DNA from: Nemertoderma westbladi
Lineage: Eukaryota > Animalia > Xenacoelomorpha
Direction: 5' to 3'
NCBI GenBank assembly: GCA_032718475.1
Contig: JAUCBJ010001826.1
Span: 1-49,950, forward strand
DNA: 49,950 bases
Both the position numbers and the translations under genes were made by a program. This document shows, piece by piece, positions 34,636-45,120 of this stretch. The notes below the pieces were generated by a model, which was given only the letters and a program-made list of their open reading frames with translations, was not told the origin of the DNA and searched no databases. Position 1 is the first letter of the stretch. The number at the start of each line of letters is the position of its first letter.

Positions 34636-37600
34636 ATGCCGTGTTGCAGGTGCGGCATCAACAGCACTTGCGTGCGGGGCTGCGCCTGTGTAAAGGCCAA
34701 GATAGACTGCCTGGACTGCGTTCCCGGTAAGCGGAGACGGTGCCGAAACGGCGGGACTGGTTCGCCGATCAGCCAATCCCAACCCACCCCGACCAGCGAT
34801 GGACTACGAGACTTGGTTTCACCCATTTCGTTCTCCCAGCCAACAGCTACCGAGTCGGGGGGGAGGGACGAGTCCTTCGACGAGATTCTGGTGGTGGAAT
34901 TGTCGGACAGCGATGGTTCTTTCCACTCGCTCAGCGACACATTGGTGTCACGTAGTTCTGTGTCCGAGGTCAGTCTATCAGCCTCAATGACTCCAGAAGT
35001 CGGACTGTCGGGTCCAGATGTGCTCATGGGTCAGGGGAACCCCGTTTCGCCAACCATTGAGGCCGCCTCCCTGGACTGCGCCTCCGGTGTAGCCCCTACG
35101 GTGTCCGGTGCTGCCCCCCTCACCCCAACAGAGTCCGGTGTTGCCCCCCTCACCCATATGGTGTCCAGTGTTGCCCCACTCTCCACAATGGTGTCCGGTG
35201 TTGCCTCCCTAGATCTCACGCATACGGTGTCCGGGGTCGCCCCTACGGTGGCCGGTGTCGCCCCCCTCAACCCTACGGTGTCTGATGTTGCCCCCCTCAC
35301 CCCTACGGTGTCCGGTGTTGCCCCACTCACCACAACGGTGTCCGGGGTTGCCCCCCTCGATCTCACCCCTACGGTGTCCGGGGTCACCCCTACGGTGTCC
35401 GGTGTCGCCCCCCTCAACCCTACGGTGTCCGGTATTGCTCCCCTCGCCCCTACGGTGTCCGGTGTTACCACCCTCGCCCCAAATGTGTCTGGTGTTGCCC
35501 CCCTCGCCCAAACGGTATCTGGTGCTGCCCCCCGGGCCCCCATGGTGTCTGGTGGCTCCCCCCTTGCCCCTACGGTGTCCGGGGTCTCCCCCCTCGCCCC
35601 AATGGTGTCCGGTGTTGCCCCCCTCGCCCCTACGGTGTCTGGTGCGCCACTGGTAGCCACAGCAACGCAACCACGCGGAACTATGCAGCCGCTGAGTGCC
35701 ACAACGCCAATAGCTGCCCCAATCCCGCCAACGAACACCAACTCCAACAGAATAGTTTCCTGGGGCAATGTAAGGCTACCCTTACTTCAGTTGGAGACCT
35801 CGATCAATGGCGTCTACGACGTCATTGTTCACTGGCGACCCAATCTATTTTTGGTTCCACAGGGTATGGTCGGGTGCGATTTTGTGGCAGGAATGTCCAA
35901 TCTTCTGTCACTAGTGACGACGGGGAACCCTCTGCAGTCGTTTGCGCTGAAGGGGTTGATGGCGGCCCCGGCTTTGTTGCTCCAGAAACCAAGCCGCGCA
36001 TCAACAATGGCGACACACCGGCGGGTTATAGAACGCCGGCTGGAAAGTTGGAAACGCGGCGAATTCGGTGAACTCCTCGTGGAAGCCAGAGCAATTCAGG
36101 CGCACCTCCCCAAGCAACGTTTCCGAGCCGATTCTCAGAATGTTGCCATGCAGAAAGCGTTTGTGCGTCACATGCTGGTGGGAAACGTGTCTGCGGCGAC
36201 AAGGAGTCTCAGCGACCTGAACCGGGGGAAACCGCTGAAGTTGGACGATACTTTCGTGGACAAAGACGGAACGACAAAGATTGTCCGCGATGTTCTGCGG
36301 GAGAAACACCCGGCCGCGAAACCCGCCGATGAATCCATTCTCCTCACTGAGTTCGTTGGAGCCCCAGAGTACCACAGCGTGATATTTGAGCGCCTGAATG
36401 GACAGCTCATCTTGTCCAGTCTTCTAAGGATGCGTGGAAACGCTTCGGGACCTTCGGGGTTGGACGTCCAGGGATGGAAACATCTCCTGACGAGGTTCCG
36501 GAATCAATCAACGGAGCTCTGTGACCGAATCGCCGATTTGGGGAAACTCATATCGCAGAATGTTCTTCCTCCAGGAACTCTTACACCGTTTCTGTCCGCC
36601 CGACTGCTCGCGCTTGATAAGAACCCCGGAGTCCGTCCCATCGGGATAGGCGAGGTTCTCCGCCGGGTGGTCGGCAAGGCGGCGATGACCTGTATCCGCG
36701 GGGATCTACAGGAGGTGGGCGGCTCCGTCCAGATGTGCCTCGGCCAGAAGGCGGGCACCGAGTCCGCCATCCACTCGCTGAACGACGAGTTCGCCACGGA
36801 CGATGGCGACGCCGTCCTCCAGATCGACGCCACGAACGCGTTCAACGCGCTGAACCGCGAGGCGGCGCTGCAAAACATCCGGCTGGTCTGCCCCGCGCTT
36901 CACACCATCGTAGTGAATTGCTACGACCAGCCGTCGTGTTTGTTCGTGGGGGGCGAGACGATGTTCTCGGAGGAGGGCTCGACGCAGGGCGACCCGGTGG
37001 CGATGCCGATGTTTGGCGTTGGTCTCATCCCGTTACTCGCCGAGCTTATGCGCGCCTGTACTGTCGTTCAGAAGTGGTACGCGGACGACGGGAACGCCGT
37101 GGGGAAACTCAAGGAACTCCGGAAGTTCTGGGACGTGGTGTCAGTGAGGGGGCCTCTCTACGGGTACTACCCGACTAAGTGCTGCCTCACTGTCAAGCCG
37201 GAGAAGTTGGAGGAGGCGAAGGAGATTTTCGCGGACACCGGCGTTGCCATCGACATGGTGGGGAACAAACTCCTCGGGGGAGTAATCGGGACCGAGGAGT
37301 TCCAGCGTGAGTACACCGAGCGGAAGGTGGAGGATTTCGCCGCCGACGTGGATCGCCTCGCCACCATCGCCGCAGTCGACCCGCACTGCGCGTACGCCGG
37401 CCTCGCCTTCGGTCTCTCCTGCCGGTGGCGGTTCTTGGCGCGCGTCGTCCCGGGGGCCACGGATTCTTTTGGGAAGTTGGAGGAGGCCGTGGAGCAGTGC
37501 CTCTGCCGGATCATTGACCGGCCGGCGGTATCGGCGACGGAACGCGAGTTGCTGTCGCTGCTGGTTTATGACAAATTAAGTAGTGAAATACACAATTTGT

Positions 37601-38406
37601 GTGGACTAACTACTGAGAAAGGTGCGTCTGCCTGGCTAAATACCAAACCCTTAACGTTGCACGACACTCACCTGTCCAAGGAAGAGTTCCGTGACGCAGT
37701 TTGTCTCCGGTACGGTTGGTCGCCAAGAAATCTTCCCTCTCGTTGTGTCTGTGGGTCGCGATTTTCTCCTTCCCACGTTCTGTCGTGTCCCACTGGGGGG
37801 TTCCCCTCAATCAGACACAACGAGATCCGCGATTTCGTCGCCGACTCCCTGACTGAGGTGGCCCACAACGTGGCTGTCGAGCCGATGCTCCAGTCGCTGA
37901 CGGGGGAGTCCTTTACTCTCCGGTCCACCTCGACGGACCAGCAGGCGAGACTCGATGTGTCGGTGAGCGGATTCTGGGGCAACCGCTTCCAGAAGATGTT
38001 CATCGACGTGTCAGTGTTCAACCCGCTGGCGGACACCAACGCAGCAATGTCGCTGGATGCCGCCCACCTCCATCACGAGGCGAGGAAGATCCGGAGATAC
38101 GAGGAGCGGATCCGTGAGGTTGAGCACTCAACCTTCACCCCCCTCATATTTTCCGCTTTCGGGGGCATGGCGCCGGCTGCGAAGCAGTTTGTGAAGCGGC
38201 TGGCATTGAGGCTGTCGGAGAAACGACAGGTTCCCTACCCGGAGTCGGTAGCGTGGGTGCGGCGACGCATCAACTTCGCCTTACTCCGGTCGTCCCTGAT
38301 GTGCCTCCGTGGGTTTCGGTCGGCCGCTAGAAGACTGGTGCGGGCAGCGGTGGCGGACGCGTCCATTGTGTGGGCGAACGCGGACTCGGACCCCGGGACG
38401 GCTTAG
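34636..38406 (+). CDS. RT-RLE polyprotein (first ATG 34636; frame open from 34576)
   Basis: N-terminal Cys cluster CCRC...CVRGCACVK...CLDCVP...C; RT motifs GPSG, LDKNPGVRPIGIGEVLRR, DATNAFN, QGDP, WYADD; knuckle CVCG...H...C; RHNEIRD; RLDV...IDVSV...HEARK...Y and FTPLIFSAFGG endonuclease motifs. Confidence 0.92.
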   Translation: MPCCRCGINSTCVRGCACVKAKIDCLDCVPGKRRRCRNGGTGSPISQSQPTPTSDGLRDLVSPISFSQPTATESGGRDESFDEILVVELSDSDGSFHSLSDTLVSRSSVSEVSLSASMTPEVGLSGPDVLMGQGNPVSPTIEAASLDCASGVAPTVSGAAPLTPTESGVAPLTHMVSSVAPLSTMVSGVASLDLTHTVSGVAPTVAGVAPLNPTVSDVAPLTPTVSGVAPLTTTVSGVAPLDLTPTVSGVTPTVSGVAPLNPTVSGIAPLAPTVSGVTTLAPNVSGVAPLAQTVSGAAPRAPMVSGGSPLAPTVSGVSPLAPMVSGVAPLAPTVSGAPLVATATQPRGTMQPLSATTPIAAPIPPTNTNSNRIVSWGNVRLPLLQLETSINGVYDVIVHWRPNLFLVPQGMVGCDFVAGMSNLLSLVTTGNPLQSFALKGLMAAPALLLQKPSRASTMATHRRVIERRLESWKRGEFGELLVEARAIQAHLPKQRFRADSQNVAMQKAFVRHMLVGNVSAATRSLSDLNRGKPLKLDDTFVDKDGTTKIVRDVLREKHPAAKPADESILLTEFVGAPEYHSVIFERLNGQLILSSLLRMRGNASGPSGLDVQGWKHLLTRFRNQSTELCDRIADLGKLISQNVLPPGTLTPFLSARLLALDKNPGVRPIGIGEVLRRVVGKAAMTCIRGDLQEVGGSVQMCLGQKAGTESAIHSLNDEFATDDGDAVLQIDATNAFNALNREAALQNIRLVCPALHTIVVNCYDQPSCLFVGGETMFSEEGSTQGDPVAMPMFGVGLIPLLAELMRACTVVQKWYADDGNAVGKLKELRKFWDVVSVRGPLYGYYPTKCCLTVKPEKLEEAKEIFADTGVAIDMVGNKLLGGVIGTEEFQREYTERKVEDFAADVDRLATIAAVDPHCAYAGLAFGLSCRWRFLARVVPGATDSFGKLEEAVEQCLCRIIDRPAVSATERELLSLLVYDKLSSEIHNLCGLTTEKGASAWLNTKPLTLHDTHLSKEEFRDAVCLRYGWSPRNLPSRCVCGSRFSPSHVLSCPTGGFPSIRHNEIRDFVADSLTEVAHNVAVEPMLQSLTGESFTLRSTSTDQQARLDVSVSGFWGNRFQKMFIDVSVFNPLADTNAAMSLDAAHLHHEARKIRRYEERIREVEHSTFTPLIFSAFGGMAPAAKQFVKRLALRLSEKRQVPYPESVAWVRRRINFALLRSSLMCLRGFRSAARRLVRAAVADASIVWANADSDPGTA
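35083..35650 (+). repeat. Coding minisatellite (mostly 30-bp, with 21- and 36-bp variants) encoding TVSGVAPLxP repeats
   Basis: About 20 in-frame units of cctacggtgtccggtgttgccccc. Confidence 0.9.
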
Positions 38407-38643
38407 AAGTTAGAGGTCTGGCGGGTTTGTTGGGTACTGGCAGTGGCTGAGTGGCAGACTGGTGATGGGTAGTACTGAACCAATTTGTATTGTTTGTATT
38501 GTTGCTAGGTAACAGTTTGAGTCAGCTGGTGGTGGGTTATATTTGTACTTATTTTGGTGCGTTTTTATATTCGAATTATTGTTTGTTAATATTATAATAT
38601 ATGGAGGCTTTTGAGTAAAAAAAAAAAAAAAGATAACAAAAAA

Positions 38644-38898
38644 ACAACACTACTGCGTCTAATTACCACAATATTCAGAACGCAAGTGTCTATTTACCAC
38701 AAGACTACACTGCATCTATTTACCACAATATTATACAGAACGCAAGTGTCTAATTACCACAAGACTACACTGCATCTAATTACCACAAGACTATACTGCA
38801 TATAATTACCACAATATACAGTACAGTAGTTATTAATATTCAGTGTCTACTGTATTACCGCAAGACTTCACTAACATCTATTACCACACAATATACAG
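38644..38898. repeat. Right part of the 57-bp satellite
   Basis: The array resumes after the poly(A)/TSD and degenerates by about 38900. Confidence 0.9.
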
Positions 38899-39159
38899 CA
38901 TTATTTTTTAGGTTGGACAAATATATTGGTATGACATTCTTTATTAATCTTTAATCTTTATTAATTTATCAGTAAAAAGAGCCTAGTATTGAAGAAAATA
39001 ATATAACTTGATTTCTGCAACAATTTATAGATAATGAAAAAAATATACAGTAGTTGCACAGATTCGGTCGACCTTACCTTATGTTAGAGGCAATGAGTGC
39101 CGAGATTAAAAAAGACAAGGAGAGCTCCATGTAACAAGTACGAAAAATAGATAAGAAGG

Positions 39160-39360
39160 TCTCACAACTCATTTCCAGTATAGACCCCACAGAACTATAC
39201 TCCTTACAGGCAAAGAGATAACTGGTACTCATTTAACGAGCATGTAAGTAACAAAGCAAATATGCGCCCTGGTTTGGTTAGTCCCTTTAAAGCATTTGTG
39301 CCAAAACGAAAGCTATCCTGACCCGCCTGTAGGGATAGAACCCCACGACCTCTGGAGCGA
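39160..39360 (-). mobile_element. Possible tRNA-derived SINE fragment
   Basis: Minus strand has gaggtcgtggGGTTCTATCCCtac (B-box/T-arm-like) and a downstream AAATGAGTACCAG resembling conserved invertebrate SINE core motifs. Confidence 0.4.
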
Positions 39361-39504
39361 TATTAATTCAAGGAAATGGATTTAAATGCTAAGCAAGGCT
39401 TGAAAAAATTGAATACGCGTATTGTATTAGAACATGATCCTTAAAAATACAAAGTATGCTGTCATGTTGTTCGTTCATTCAATATGCTCAAATTAACAAT
39501 AAAC

Positions 39505-39702
39505 ACAATATTGCAATGTTCTAGAGTTAATAATACGGAAATAAAAACCTTCAGCGAATAAAACTGTAATAATCACTTCAGCCTAATCCTTCAGCAAATT
39601 ATACAGGTTAATTTGCTTCTGGAACGGCATCAGTGATTATTCAGTTTTATTCGCTTCAGGTTATTATTTCCGTATATTAACTCTAGAACATTGCAATATT
39701 GT
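39505..39702. mobile_element. ~200-bp fold-back MITE-like element
   Basis: About 70-bp inverted arms: acaatattgcaatgttctagagttaata...aataatcact and agtgattatt...tattaactctagaacattgcaatattgt. Confidence 0.8.
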
Positions 39703-40697
39703 ATGTATAATATTAATTAAGAATCCAAAGTTATTTTCATTTAATTTTTGTTACAGGGTATACCTAATTTGAAAGCTCACCAACCCGCGGGGTGGTGTGG
39801 GTTGCAAGGGTGTTCTAGAATAACGAAAAAAATGAAGAGAGCTGTTGAGCTGAAGATTTAAGAAGATAATTGGGCTTAATTAATTAATTAATTAACTTAA
39901 TTGTTCTTAAATAAAAAAAAGAAACAATTCCAAACATTCTTAGGACACGTTCACACAACCGAGTCAAAGTCAAAATACAAAATGTAAAACACAATATACC
40001 TAAATATCTATGGCTACTTCATAAACTTATATATATCATATACATTTGATTAATAAATAGCTATTAATTATTATTATCATTATTACTAACTACAACTACC
40101 AACGCTGATATTAATAATTAATATTAAATGTGTAGGGCTTGTAAATAAAATCCAAGGGCAAGGGTTCTGTTGTGCCCTGGGATATGTGGGCACAGTTTAC
40201 TGTAGGATATATGATAATTGGCGGTGGAGAATAATATTTATATCATAAGCAACATTTACAGTAGCAAATATGTGGAAGATTTATGTATTTCAATCCATCA
40301 TTATTATTCGTTGAAGAGTTTCAGCGAGAAGAGTCAAAATTATGTCAACCTCATACTGTACAAATTTCAACAGAATGGACGTGATTAATTACTCTGCAAA
40401 ATTTTACTCTTAATCATAAAATCGGCCTACCCATCTATGAAATACTGGAAAACGGTGAAGGAAAAATTACGGATATCAGACACGGACGAGACACCGGAAA
40501 TACATAATTTGTAAGATTAAATACTTTATCGCAAGTTATAAAATTAACAAATAAATGAATTGTGTTTAAACACCATTTAATTCCTAATAAAAATAATCTT
40601 AGTTTATATAAATAAATTAATGGGGCACAATTTCAGTATATTATATCCATAACGAAATCAGTTTATTTCATTTAGTAATAAGTTCTACAGAATATAA

Positions 40698-41075
40698 GTC
40701 GGTCAGTCTGTCGGTGGGTTAGTTGGTCAGTCGTTCATTCAGTCTGTTGGTCGGTAGGTCAGTTGGTCAGTCTGTGTGTGAGTCTATCGGTCGGTTGGTC
40801 AATTTGTCATTCAGTCTGTCGGTCAGTCTGTTGGTCGGTCGGTCAGTTGATGGATCGGTACGTCAGTTGGTTAGTCTGTCAGTCGGTCGGTCGGTTGGCC
40901 AATCTGTCGGTCAGTCTCTCGGTCGGTTTTTCAGTATGTCGGTCAGTCTGTCTGTCGGTTGGTCAGTCTGTCAGTGGGTCAGTCGGTTGGTCAGTCAGTC
41001 TGTCGGTCGATTGCTCAGTCTGTCGGTCAGTCTGTTGGTCGGTCGGTTGGTCAGACCGTCGGTGAGTATGTCGGT
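40698..41075. repeat. Degenerate tetranucleotide microsatellite (GTCA/GTCG/GTCT/GTTG)
   Basis: Directly visible; ORFs here are low-complexity artefacts. Confidence 0.93.
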
Positions 41076-41629
41076 GTGTACCAATTTACACTGATTCCAC
41101 GTATTTTATAATTTATTTACTTAATAATAACTGATAAATCAAATATGCTGTTATGAATAAATATTTTAGTTTCTTAATAATAATTGTAAAAAAAAATATG
41201 TTAATTGAGCAATATTATATTATACAGTAATTAACCACAGTAACTTTTAGAGGCTGAAATGAAGGAAGTGAGAGATGATAACAAAAGATTTCAATCCCGG
41301 TCCCTATTGGCTACCAATGTGAATCATCTACACGGCTATTGGTAGATGGAAGGAACTCTTGCAGTACAAATAGTAGAGACAGGACATGCATTAAGTCAAT
41401 ACATGCTTAATCTCTTCAGCTGATTTTAATTTTATCCAATCATTGTGTGTGGCAAGGTATCTTACAGAATCTTTGCTATTTTGCTAATTCTTTAAATTAA
41501 ACTGCACTATAGCTTCACCCACGCATATCCCACAACTTATTTTTGTATAATTTCCATTTATACTGTAAGTGCCAACATCGCATCCATGTGATGGATGTGA
41601 TCTGCCATCCTCTGCGTGGTTCTTCTGTG

Positions 41630-41900
41630 GGGCGAGCCACGAAGTGAGTGAGCCTTAGCGTAGTGGTACCATTAATCAACCTGTCGTTCTGTCGTTCTGT
41701 CGTTCTGTCGTGTTCAATTTTAAACGTTAATAACTCGGCCAATCTTTGATGAAATCTATCCAAACTTGGTACACATGTTGTATGGCAAAAGTTTAGAAAT
41801 TTTCCAAGTAGAATTTCCGTGTGGCCTTCGAGAAGCTAAGATAATAGCAGTTAATTAAGTTGATTACGGTAAAAACACCATTTTCAACCTGCCTTTTAAA
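41630..41900 (+). mobile_element. Possible HINE/DINE-like element 5' part with (CTGTCGTT)n microsatellite
   Basis: A GC-rich head followed by four ctgtcgtt units, an architecture seen in Helentron-associated elements. Ends not defined. Confidence 0.3.
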
Positions 41901-44900
41901 GGAAATTAATTGTTTTACAGTATAAGACTTCAATAATTATACTTAAAAAATATACAGATGTAATCCGCATACTCCATTCTATTATAGTTTTTAATTAGTT
42001 CAAGTGATTTGCTTTAATAATCGTGTCTTTAATTGATCTAAAGTAATTAAACCGGCATAAAAAATGTATTCTCATTAAATACTGCTCATTTATTGGTTAA
42101 CATCCAAGTTGGCTTGATTCCCAGCAACACTTGAGGTATTCAGTCAGCCTTGCTTGTAAGAGGCAGACTGCTGCTGCTGCTAGTAGCCATCCATTCACTC
42201 ACTCTCCATTGAACTGGCTGATTGGAGGTGTGTGTGTATCGGGTTCAATGACATTAATATTATTACTAAAGTAACGTCGGGATGTTAATATTCACTGGAG
42301 CTATGAGTCTCTCTGGTTAGTTGAATGAATGAAATAAATAATTGTTTTACTGTTCCGAATATCAATGTTTATTTCTGTAGGCCAACTTACTGTATTATTA
42401 TTTAATCTAAATGTACATAATAGTTTAAATAAATTATTTCACAATTTCATTCCAATTCATACTGCTTACGCAACCATGCTAATTAGGTATATTAAATGGC
42501 AGGATTGTTTTTAATTAAAATTTTTACAGAGCAAACAAGTATATTGTATTTAACTGAAAGTTAATTTATTTCGGTAAGTAGGCCTTGCGGTTTGTTAGTT
42601 TAGTTAGTATAATAAGTATCAAATATATTACGTGCTGCTGTACAGTAAACGCGGCTTTGCGTTATTGAATTACAGAATTGGCGGTACAAAGTACATTAAT
42701 AGGGATCAGGCATATTGCATTTATATAATTGTTGTTGTAAATGTACAATAATATGCGCCACTTTTATTTTAGTAACTGCAATGTGTATTTCATTTGTACC
42801 TGCAACCCATTAAAAAGGGCAGCTGAACATATCGCGGACAGGCTGACTATTCACCATAACAAAAAAACCCAAATCGCCGCAGTTCCACTTACAGTTCCAT
42901 ATTATTCTGTTTTGCAATTTAACCCAATTTATCTGCTCTCTGCTACACGCGGTTTTATCCACGAGTTTTGTAAAGTCCCGACTTATCGGGAATGACATGA
43001 ACTTAGCGTCCGGAATATTCTGATCAGATTAAATCTACTTGGCGCTGTAATACTGCATCCCGTTGTACCAGAAGTTATTAAAACATACCGGCCCCTCAAA
43101 TGCGCTTGCAGTGGGTTAGAGAACAACATATACCGCCCCAGTACAACCGCTATTTTGATAAGGTCCAATATATAATATATATATATGGTCTAACATATGA
43201 TAGTTCACTAATCAGCTAATAGGCCTATTAATTCGTGAGATTTCAATTTATAAATAAAACTAATATACGAGCTCATATGAGCTCAATTGATTGATTGATT
43301 GAAGGTATGACCGTTGTTGTGGGGGACTAGGTCTACCTGTCTAGCAGCTAATAACTCGTCCGTGGAGAGAATAATATAAGTCGAGGAACACAACGAAACG
43401 CGTTTAATTTATTTATTTATTCCAATTGGGGATGCTTTCTAACGCGGGAATGCGGTGCTATTAAACATCAACACATTCCTGCGCGTGCGTCGATATTGTG
43501 CACCCTAATACTAACAACCCACCCAGACACCCCCTACCCCTCACCCCCCCCCCCCCCCCCCCCATCACCCAACATTACTATGTATAGATCAATGCAGCTC
43601 AATATATTAGTAAAGGTATCGTCTGATTAGCTTTCCTACACATGACCTCTTATCCTTGTAGTTGTTTATTTATTTACACTATTTTTTGTTGAGTAAATCT
43701 TTCTGATAGGGGGGGGGGGGGGGGGGGGGGGGGACTTACTCTGGACGAGCGCAACGATTGAACGACGCTTATAATAATTAAGACGAGTACGGCGTTGATT
43801 ATATTCATATACACCACCTGGCTTTGCATATTTAACGTGCGATTGGAAATAAGTTCGTTCTACCCTTCCGTGGGTGGTAGATGTCACGGTTATGTATTGG
43901 TGGTTGAGAAGGGTGGGGGGGGGGGGGATTAAAAGGGGTGAACACGTACTGTCCCCCTTTCTTTGATTGATTGGTGGTGTGGGTAAATTTCTCAAAACCT
44001 GATTTTGTGATACAGTCGCTTAATTTTAATTTGTATCTCATAACTGGACCTCGTGCTGCGCGAAGGCCCCACGAACGTGTTCTTACTTACTTCAAGTTTA
44101 ATTCTATTAACAGTGTCAAAGGCAGTTTGGGTTGGGTTTAGAAATACAGTTCAGGGAGACATTCTGCACATTAAATTCATACAGAAATTTATACTGTCCT
44201 ACTGATGGGATTCATATATACAAATTATAAATTCAGCCAGATATTTTATTAATATTGTCATTACTGTTTGCAATAGTTTTATACGAATATAATATATATT
44301 TTATACGCTTTTGTTGTGGATTGCTCATCGGCTTGTGGATTCAGACGAATAAAGGATAATGAAACCAAAGGTATTAATTCCCGAAATCGAAAGCATTATT
44401 CCCATGTGGAACTTGTTTACTAAATTGTGAAACAAATCAACCCGCTATATTTTGCGATCAATGCAGGATATGGATCCATAAAGATTGTGAACAACTTAGT
44501 GAATCAACTATAGAAGTGTTAAGTAGTCCAAATTTCCATAACATTAAGGACCTTTGTAGTCGGTGCGTAGAATTTCAAGGGAAGTTGAATTTTATGGCAT
44601 CGCTTGATCGCCTGGGAAAATCAATTATTAACGATAACCTCGATAAAGCTATCGTAATGGAGGAGATATTTCTTCGCTCCAAAACAACAATAAATGTAAG
44701 TATTATTGATATTTACGACACTTTCGTCAATCTTGCCAATTCCGGGATAACCATGTACTGTATAATGTACATTATGTAGGCCTACTGTGTTTTACTGTTG
44801 TATATTACTGTTGGTCATTGTTGATCATTTATTAGTTTTTGTTATTACTATAAACATACAGTATTGAAGCAATGGCCAAAAAGATGAAATATCTGAAAGT

Positions 44901-45120
44901 TCAATGAAGGATATTAATTGATGACTTAATTGTTCAAGTAGAGGTAGACTTAATTTACCGCTGGTAAATAGTATTACTTAATTGACCGCTGGTAAATTGT
45001 ATTAGGCCTACTTAATTTACCGCAGCAATACTTTCACTATAAAATAACGTACCCTGCTGTAACTAAATGACGGTAGTACACTGCTATCTGAAACTGAAAC
45101 AGACACACAGACAACCTGCA

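Larger units (their letters stand above)
34532..38643 (+). mobile_element. CRE-clade-like non-LTR retrotransposon with restriction-like endonuclease, apparently 5'-complete
   Basis: 15-bp TSD ACAACACTACTGCGT (34517-34531 and 38644-38658), poly(A) tail 38617-38643, single long ORF. Confidence 0.92.

Noticed and set aside
34477-38039. Many antisense and alternate-frame ORFs within the CRE element
   Set aside because: Expected shadows of a GC-rich coding sequence.
39320-39365. tRNA gene
   Set aside because: Only a T-arm/B-box-like fragment, no full cloverleaf.
42741-44779. Short ORFs as host exons
   Set aside because: No recognisable motif or convincing splice structure; cannot be excluded without a search.
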